Below are positions 55,101 through 64,000 of a DNA stretch of 64,000 bases, in pieces. The DNA is taken from NCBI RefSeq assembly GCF_009914755.1, contig NC_060932.1. The stretch is one strand, 5' to 3'. The stretch is from the human T2T-CHM13v2.0 reference genome, Homo sapiens. The translations under genes and the position numbers were made by a program. Numbering within the stretch: position 1 is the first letter of the stretch; each line of letters begins with the position of its first letter. The notes under the pieces are model-generated. The model made no database searches. It saw only the letters and a program-made list of their open reading frames with translations, and was not told the DNA's origin.

Positions 55101-57279
55101 AGAGTCTTTCAGTCCTCATTTAAAAGATCATATTTGCTTGATTTCAGTTTTCAAAATTTAGTAGCAATATATTATTTAATTATTTATTGTTTGGTTTACA
55201 TCTATTTATGGTTTACTCTTCACAATAGTAAAAAAATTAAACAAATTAATGACATTCAAACTATGAATCTATTTAAGTAAAAATATGGATGTTTCTAAGT
55301 TCATGCAGGTGACATGAATGACTGATATTTGGGAAACATGAAACTGACTTACCTGTCTTGTCAAATGATGACACATCACAACTGTAGTACCCAAAGTCTG
55401 GAGAATATATCTTACCAGGCCAGTCTTAGTATTGGAGACTGTTTAGTCTAGCAAGACTATTACAGGCTCTTACAAATGGTGTTATTTGCCCTTTGGCAAA
55501 ATGATCTCATATATCAGACACTTGTGTTCCAAGTACAATGGTTTATCTTATTTTATTTCAGACACAATAGCCTAGATTCACCATGGGTGGTCATCACTAT
55601 CTCCACTCTTCCACAAATATGAACTTTGGTCACTGCTACACATGAAACAAGATATGAGATCAGGGACCAGAACAACAGTGTTTCAGACATCATTATATTG
55701 ATAGAAATCATATCCCATACTAAGAAATTTTGATGTTTACATTGGCAGCTCAGAAACTTCCCCTGAAGACAAGGCTTTGCTATGACAAAGAATTCTATGA
55801 AAACATTTGCTTGTTAGTGTACGGAATATTGGAGTTTGAGAAAAACTTAAGGTTTGTTTAATCTCAACTCATTCAACTTACGAAGGAAACACCTGAGACC
55901 CAGGGAAATGACTTAGGGGAATGATTTACCCAAAGTCACATAGATAGCTCCTGTCTTACATGCTTCATCGCGCACCATGTCAGCTAAGAAGAAGCTCACA
56001 GAACCTAAGAAGGAGGATTAAACTGTGTGTTATGATAAGACTTGGATGGAACCATCATCATCAGCATTTCTCTGCTCACTGGATTCTGTGCTCCTTAGTT
56101 CAAACACAACCATAGTACTTGGTCCATGCTTAATACTGTTAAAACACTGGAACAACTGCCTATCTCCAAAATAAGTGAGTGAAAATGAGAACACACAGAA
56201 GCTAAATAAAGGTTTACTTTTCCTCCGTTCTTGAATCATGTACACATTTGGCTATCTCCAGCACCCACCTGGTGCTGTCTGAGCCACATTTCACCTTAGA
56301 AAAGGATGACCTGTAGCAAGCCATCTGGCTGTGCTGAGAGCTTTAAGCTTTAAGAAATTATATTCAGCTTCAGGAAGAAACTTTATTTGCTTCCCAAGAT
56401 GCAAATGATGTGGTCATTTAGGCTAAAGAGCAAAATGTTTCCTGTTTTTAAAAAAGTGGAGCAGAAGAGAAGGTTCTTTGAGATTTTTTTCTCCATGAAA
56501 AATTTAGATCATTTATTGCTTGAATTATGATACAGACACAACCAGATTCCTGTGGCAGGAAGGGACTAGCAATTGGTTTTTTCCATGAGCAGTCCTTTGT
56601 CCTGGGACAGAGAGAGCAGTAGCTTTATCACAGTGTCAATTATTTAATTCTTCTATTTTGGGATCCTTTTTCTTAAGCAGGAAATTTCTGAGTCGTGATT
56701 GCACTCCAATATAGTATATTACCAGAAAAAGACACACTAGTTAAGTGTAGTAATAGCAAAGAAACATTTCTTTGTAACAACTTGAAATACAATTAATGAA
56801 ACAGATAATTGGTCATATTAAAAAAGATTATCTAACTGAAGAAATCCCTGTATTTTCCCTTAATTCATAATATTTCCTACTGCATTAAAAAGAGACTTTA
56901 ATATTCAAATGATCTGTTTACAGCCAACCCTGCATCCAAGAAGACTTAACAATGGGGAGATTTCTATCCTTTTCCATTTGGACAAAACAAAAGTGTACTG
57001 AATTTTCCCGAAGTCTCTTCATTTCACCATGTCTGTGAGCCATAGGTGTAAAAACAATCCAATTTTTTTGGCAGGCTCAAACAAAGAGCATGCCTGTCCA
57101 CCTCTTCTTCCTGACTCCACATGCAGGAGTAAATACACATTTTATGATACAGCTTCGCTCATGTTCTGGCAACTGCTTAAAAAGGGAAGGCATTAAGATT
57201 ACATTGACTGCTGACCTTTTTGAAGATCATTCTCTTCAGCTGTTTGGAATCTAGAGTAAGGTTAGTGCTATTTTTAAGG

Positions 57280-57530
57280 GTTACAGTGATGAATATGGGC
57301 TTTGGCACCAGGTACACGTGGTTCCAAATGGTGATTGCCCCACTTATTAGCTGTGTGATCACAGGGAACACAGTTAACATCTCTGAGCCTCTCAGAGTTT
57401 TTCATTCATAAAAATAGAAATAATTGCTCCCTTGCAGCATTTTTCTGAAATTCAAATGGGCTGAAATAATGAATGAATATCTAGTAATGTTTGGGAACAT
57501 CGTAAGTGTGTAACAATTGGTAGTTACTAT
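57280..57530 (+). mobile_element. MIR
   Basis: CCACTTATTAGCTGTGTGATC...TTAACATCTCTGAGCCTC core. Confidence 0.7.
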
Positions 57531-59366
57531 TTAAATTTTTAAATGTTTCCCCAAGTTCCAAGTTTTCCATTCTTGATAACAATAATTTAGTTCTGTATTC
57601 TCAACAGCACCTAACAAAGTACTTTTTACACAAAATTGTGCTCAATAAGCATTGGTTGCATTGATTTCAATTCCCAAGTCTGAATGAGCAATAAAACTGA
57701 CACGCACTGTGTCTGCCAGGAAATGCACTGGCAAGACTCAGATTGCTCACATGTGTTATGGTCACAGATGTTGGAAATGGTCTAAGAGGAGAGAGAAGCC
57801 AGGCCTGTAAAACACTTTGGAAGCTGCCCAGCGCTCAGCTTCGCTCATCTTGCAGAAAAGAACAGGACAGGAGACTCTTTTTGAACTGTTCGGTAGCCTT
57901 CATTAAAACCGGGGTCCAGAGAGGCTAGTCAAGAGGCCATTCCATAGAGTGACTCGGTCTTGTAAGTCAAATTTATTTCTCATCATAAGTACAGAAGGCA
58001 GAGTCAAACAAGGCACTCTCTTTCAATGAAATAATAATCAATATAAAGTGTTACTATGCATAGATGAAAATGATTCATATTTTAAAAACCAGAAACAAAT
58101 GGTACTCTGAAAATGGGTTATTTTAAGAAAGTTTAATAGGATGTAGGCAAACCACAAGTGGATGGCATAGCGTCCCTGGGAGAGTAACATCCAAAGTGCT
58201 GTTATCACCTTAAACCAGTGATGACAGGAACCCAGGATGATATTATGTGTAGACAGCTGTCTCGACTGGAGCTATGACTTTAGGTTGAGGAATACAGTCA
58301 ACCCCTCAACAACCATTCAGGATGATGGTGCAGTCAAGGTGAAACACCTAATCTCACTTTCCTTCCTCCAAGTTCCTGCTAGTGTTCCCATCTTAAGCCA
58401 AAGGCAGATACCTGTTGATGTAATTTACACATAGGCATAGAATAGGAAGGAGAAAATAGGGTATAGGTTTGGAAGGCTAATCATTTAAATCACCTTTCAC
58501 AGTGGCTCTACTACAACTGAATATGGAGTGACTTTGGGGTTACCAGCTCTCCTGTAAAGTGACAATGCACTTATTAGTAGTTCTGGTATATTTTCTTTTC
58601 TTTGCCTCCTATTCAGAGGTATATACTACTAGTTCAGAGATTCAAAATAGTGACAAGTTGCTTTTCCTTGTACTTCCCTAGCTCCTTCCCATTATCAACA
58701 CCATACTCATGTCCTATACTTCCAAATGTACATTTCCAATAATTACTACCCATGCTCGGTTGACCAAGTAGGAATCCCTCCCTGGTATAAGTTACCGTTA
58801 TTTCCGTATTTGTGGACCCAGGGTAAATGCCATCTGTCCATGCATCCGTTCTACACAGGGGTGTGAGTTGGATAAAGGGAAATGACCATTAAAGAAGAAA
58901 TTAATTTGGCAAATGGATAAAATGTGATTTAATAGCATGGTCAGTCTTTTTCCATGTATAACAATAACAATACTATTTTTAGTCTTTGGAGTTTGCAAGG
59001 TGTTTTTTATATTATTTTTGCTCTATTTCTAAAACATAAGGACCAAAACTCAATGGGATTAGGTGGCTGCCTCAAAGTTGTAGAACTACTATGTAGAAGA
59101 GTGAAGGCCCAAAGGTATTTCTTATATATGCAAATCGAGGGCTGTTTCTCCTGTACCATATTGGTGTACATGATGTAGTGTTATTTATTAGACTTGTTTT
59201 TCAACATTTTATGGGAGAAAATAGGGCACAGACATGTTAAATGTGGATGGAAAACAAATACAAAAGGAATTGCCAGGAGATCCTAAGCAGCCATAGGAAA
59301 GCATTACACCCAAGCACCTTGCAGAGCTTTCATCAGTGAAACCAAAGGTAATCAACTCATGCCAGG

Positions 59367-59719
59367 TGTGTTAGTCCATTTTCACACTGCTGATAAAGCC
59401 ATACCCAAGACTGGGCAATTTACAAAAGAAAGAGGTTTAATGGACTTATGGTTCCACATGGCTGGGGAGGCTTCAGAAACATGGTGGAAGGCAAGGAGGA
59501 GCCAGTCACATCTTACATGGATGGCAGCAGGCAAAGAGAGAGTTGTGCAAGGAAACTCCCCTTTATAAAACCATCAGATCTTGTAAGTCTTATTCACTAT
59601 CACAAGAACAGCACAGGGAATACCTGCCCCAGTGATTCGATTACCTCCCACTGGGTCCTTCCCGCAACATATGGGAATCCAAGATGAGATTTGCGTGGGG
59701 ACAGAGCCAAACCATATTG
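59367..59719 (-). mobile_element. THE1 (B/C-like) solo LTR
   Basis: TGTGTTAGTCCATTTTCACACTGCTGATAAAG...GCCAAACCATAT; CCAGG TSD at 59362-59366 and 59720-59724. Confidence 0.92.
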
Positions 59720-61490
59720 CCAGGTTACCTGTGACTTTCTGTGTTTTATCATTGAAAGTCCCACATCCTGGGAAACCCCTCAGACCCTTAAAAGCAGATG
59801 ACTGGTCAACCTACAGTTAAACCTTACATCTTTCACTATTTGGAGAGCATTACCTTTATGAAGGAATCAGACACTTCTGCCTACGTATCCTTGGCCAAAG
59901 TACATCACATCAACACTCCTGGGTTCACTAAGAGGGAGATACATAGTCATCCTACTAGGAGGGAAATTCTGGATCATTAATATAGTCCACCATGACTGGT
60001 AATAAGTACACTTAATGATTCAGCATGGAGTGAGTGTGGAGGAAACATGGGGAAGCCATCAGGGCTCTACTTTCCATTTGTCATGGAGACTCAGGTTATT
60101 AGTCACTGGCATCCTTGAACTTCTGAGTTTTAGATTTTAGAACTGAAAAGGACCGCAGAGAACATTGAGTTCAGCCTTCTGTCTTTAGACAGGTGTGGTG
60201 TTACTAACCTTGGCTTACAGATGAGGCAACTGATGCCCAGGTGTGGGATCCCTAAGGTGTCCTGGATAAGAAATAGTAGAGGAAAAGCTAATCATCCAAT
60301 TCTTCTGTCTTATAAACTTTCTTTTTTCTCTCTTCACTGCCCCATGGTCTGGAATTTGGCTCAATATCCTTTTGTTATGTCTCCAATTGTTATTTAATAT
60401 TACTCGCTTTTAAAGTGGGGCCAGCAACATCAAATCTCATACAAGTAAGAACCCCAAGTATAGTATTCCAAGCAAAGCTTTGTTTTCTTGGTTTACTTTC
60501 CTTAATTATCCTAGTAGTTTTAAATGTGAAAACATGATTATGTCACTGGGCTTATCTCCTAGCTAATGTAGAAAAATTATCCCTAAATAAATCATATAAA
60601 CTATTGCCATGATACCATAATTGGGTCTTGTACATAAAATTGAATATTGGACATTGCATGAATGTTTTCTTTAGGTGTCTCCAATTTCTTGAAAAAAAAG
60701 TCTCCAAATCATATTGTCTTGAACTAGGTCCAGAGGAGTAATGAGAAACTCAGAGGTGGTCAGGACTTATGCTACAGAAAGCTGTTTTGAGTTCCTGGAT
60801 TTAAGAGATGAAGGCCAGAGAAAAAGGGCCATTTCTGCATTTTCTTGGCTGGATCTTCAAGCCAAAGTAAAATGACAAGGTTATGTATTTGGTCTTCAGT
60901 GTCATCAAAGTACAATGAAAGAATTTTCAAAGAGAACAGCTTGCTGGGGGGTGTTGGGGCATGCCATTCTTAAACTTGATTACTTCCTTTCCGATCAATT
61001 TGGAAGCCAGAGAGAGCCAGCAAGAATAAATGACGAGCCATGTACTAATAACATCAGGCTTCTGCCTACATGCATGTTGCTACTTCCCACACCCTTCTAC
61101 TTGTGCCAATCTTCAGAAATAAGCAAAAAAGTACATAATCCTGGACAAGATTACACTAACCTTACCTAGTAAGGGTAATTTTGCCTTACTAATTAAATAT
61201 ATGTCTAAGACTATAGTTATATACATAATTGAAATGCAAATAGCAATCAATAATTGTTTATTTTTAAGGGATCTGCAGACTTGTTCTGAGTTCTTTTTCT
61301 CACTGATTTGATCAACTTTCATTACGTTTACTGAAATTTGATGTTTTGGAAACAGGTAATATGACCTCCAATTTCTTAGATGTTTTGAGAAATACAGCAT
61401 ATTTTGCTGAAGAAAAATATATTTTTAAAAATCTGTTGTGTTTTCTTAGCCTGAATAAGCTTGTCATTACTACTGTCAGGGATTTGAACA

Positions 61491-61492
<2 letters not shown>

Positions 61493-61532
<40 letters not shown>
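61493..61532. repeat. (TG)20 microsatellite
   Basis: Read directly from the sequence. Confidence 0.97.
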
Positions 61533-61534
<2 letters not shown>

Positions 61535-61889
61535 GAAGTATAGTTTATTCTCTTAAACACTTGAGATTATCTAAGAGGAGCTTGATTATATACAGACATA
61601 TAATGCAACATGATGGAATTTGACACAACGGAGTTTTTCCCTGACTCCTCTACTTATTTCTGAGTATTATTTTTCTCATCTGCAATATAAGGATCAACTA
61701 TAATAAAGATACATTAAGTGACTAGAAAACAGAGCTCAACAAAATGTAGTATGAAATAGGACCTGGAGTAGTAGCAGGTATAGCAGCAGTAGCAATAGTG
61801 ATATTGATCATAGTAATAAAAATCCATAAGTGAAGAAGAAAAGGATATCTTTGTCAGTTATTCTCCTTATCTCAGAGAGGGGCTATGCA

Positions 61890-62820
61890 TGTTATGGCAG
61901 AGGTTGGGACCTGACCACCAAAAATATCTGCCATTTTTTTTCTCTGGACACACAACTAGAATATATTTCCCACTGGTCTTTGCAGTTAGACGTGGCTATA
62001 CAAATAATTTCTAGCCAGTAAAATATGATCAAAAATGATGTACACCACTTGTAGCCCTGGATCACCAAAACTTCTGATATATTCTCTATGCTCTTTTCAA
62101 CTTCTGAGCTTGAGAAAATGAAGATAACTTTCAAAATAACTTCTTAAGCCACATATTAACCATCAACTTGATTGCCCACCCATTCTTATTGAATGAACTT
62201 GAGCTATCATACATGTTGGAGTCCCTTTGTTAGAGCAGCTAACCCACACTTAGTAGTTCTGATTTCATACCTTAAACTTGTGTTTACTTAATAGTAATGC
62301 AGTAGGTAACCAACAACAAAGAAAAAGACATTAGAATCCATGAAGATGAAGACCCATTTTATGCAGAGTGTATCAGATAGCTATTCCTACATAACAAACT
62401 ATTCAAAAAACCAATAGTTTCAATGACAATCATTTTAATTCACTCACACAAATGTGGTTTAGCTGAGAAACAGCTGTTCAAGACATGGTTTGGCTTGGAA
62501 ACTGTATTTCAATCTGCAGAGATAGCTGGCTTTACCTCCTTGCTATATAGATTTTGCTCTGGTATACTTTATGCACATTCATTCTGGAGCCCAGGCTAAA
62601 GATATAGCAGTTACTTAGAGGAAGCTCTTTATACGGTGATGCTGGTGGTGCAGGAGTATAAACACAACAGCAAAACACATTTTATGACACATCTGCTGAC
62701 ATTCTACTGGGTAAAGCAAGTTGTGTGTCTTTGCCCAATATCAATGGGCTGGAAAAGTATAGTCTTTCTGCTGAGTTGGAGGAGATGAGGTGAATATTTT
62801 CATAATAGTGTGCTCACACT
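61890..62820. mobile_element. Old MLT1 (J/K-like) LTRs: + copy at ~61890-62250 and - copy at ~62369-62820
   Basis: TGTTATGGCAGA...ATATATTTCCCACTGGTCTTTGCAGTTAG; TCATTCTGGAGCCCAGGCTAAAG...ATCTGCTGACATTCTACTGG. Confidence 0.55.
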
Positions 62821-63596
62821 GGGGGAAATACTTGGTAAAAACCATCATAAGAAATCACTTGGAGAGCAAACCAACTGAGCTTTCTAAAAGAAATTATTGA
62901 AATAAATTAGCATGCTTATGTTTATAATTTCTTTTGTTTAAACAAAGAACTACAAGAGTTGAGCTCAGAATTCCCAACTTTACATAGAGAAATAAAGGAA
63001 AAGACAGAATTTAGAAATATGGGTTCTCAAAGAGTTGGAAAATCTGAGTGCTAAAGATCCTTAACTGTGGAAAGTAAGAATAAAAAAAGGCTTTGAGCAT
63101 CAAAAGCCCAATAAAACTTCTCAGTTAAAGTATTTCACTATGCAGCAAAGTTCATATTGGTGGTGTTACCTTTCCCCCAAGCCTATTTGTTACACTGGCC
63201 TCAAGGAAACCGTCGTTAATTTGAAAGAAGAAACATGGGTAAGGAAAGGAATCCTAGAGCATGCCCAGGAAGAAACTTTGCATTTAGTTACTTGTACTTG
63301 ATAAAAACACAGGCCTGGCCCCAAAAAAGCCTCCAATTACATAACAATCTTGGACCTTGAAACCTTCAAAAGTAGAAAGCATGCCCTGAAATCTATGCAG
63401 CCCCCAAGGTTTGTTTATAGGCAACCTTTCCTTCAGATTTGGTGCTGGAGGACAATGGAAGAAAAGTCCAGTGGGTAGAGTCAAGGCTACAGAGAATACT
63501 TGTCCAGAGATTTCCTCCCAAATACAAGAATCTGGGTTTAATCAAAGAAGTTTCTCTATTCTTGGTAGAGGGGTGCTTCATAATGTCTGCCCATCA

Positions 63597-63915
63597 TTTT
63601 TATTTTATTATTATTTTTTAGAGACAGAGTCTTTCTCTCTTGCCCAGGCTGGAGTGCAGTAGCCCTATTATAGCTCTCTGCAGCCTTGAACTCCTGGGCC
63701 CAAGTAATCCTCTTGCCTCAGCCTCCCCAGTAGTTGGGACTACAGGTGCATACCACCATATTCAGCTAATTTGTTTTGTTTTGTTTTTCAATTTTTAATA
63801 GAGACGATGTCTTGTTATGTTGCCCAGGTTGGTCTCGAACTCCTGGGCCCAAGTGATCCTCCCGCCTTGTCTCCCAAAGTGCTGAGATAATCGGTGTGAG
63901 GCACTGCACCTGGCC
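63597..63915 (-). mobile_element. AluJ
   Basis: ATAGCTCTCTGCAGCCTTGAACTCCTGGG J-type pattern; ends CACCTGGCC. Confidence 0.88.
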
Positions 63916-63944
63916 TCCCAGTAAGATTTCATAATTGACAAGTG

Positions 63945-64000
63945 TAGGTAGAGCATCTCTATTCCAAAAATCCAAAATTTGAAATACTCCAAAATCTGAA
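63945..64000 (+). mobile_element. Tigger4/MER46-like terminus, runs off the window
   Basis: AGGTAGAGCATCTCTATTCCAAAAATCCAAAATTTGAAATACTCCAAAATCTGAA matches the recalled TIR region. Confidence 0.7.

Overview
This is primate, human-like non-coding genomic DNA: AT-rich, CpG-depleted and dominated by interspersed repeats. These include AluJ/S/Y, FLAM, MIR, L1PA/PB/MA, L2, THE1/MST/MLT1 MaLRs, MLT2A, LTR8B-like and MER4 LTRs, and MADE1, MER44, MER58, MER103-like and Tigger4 DNA transposons. I find no convincing protein-coding gene, no CpG island and no prokaryotic-type system such as CRISPR. The listed ORFs are repeat-derived or of chance length. The best-supported notable structures are: (1) an apparent ancient L1PB 3' transduction bracketed by an AGAAAGCAAG target-site duplication (TSD) at 46244-47160; (2) a nested inverted-repeat and tandem-duplication patch inside an L2 at 35460-35605; (3) a twin-primed, 5'-inverted L1PA with a 19-bp TSD at 14930-17109; (4) a tailless 5S rRNA retropseudogene at 41126-41167; (5) a miR-548-type MADE1 hairpin; (6) an intact THE1 provirus and a cluster of LTRs with DUX4-like and GATA motifs. 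Subfamily names come from recalled consensus sequences, not a database search. Boundaries of old repeats are approximate.
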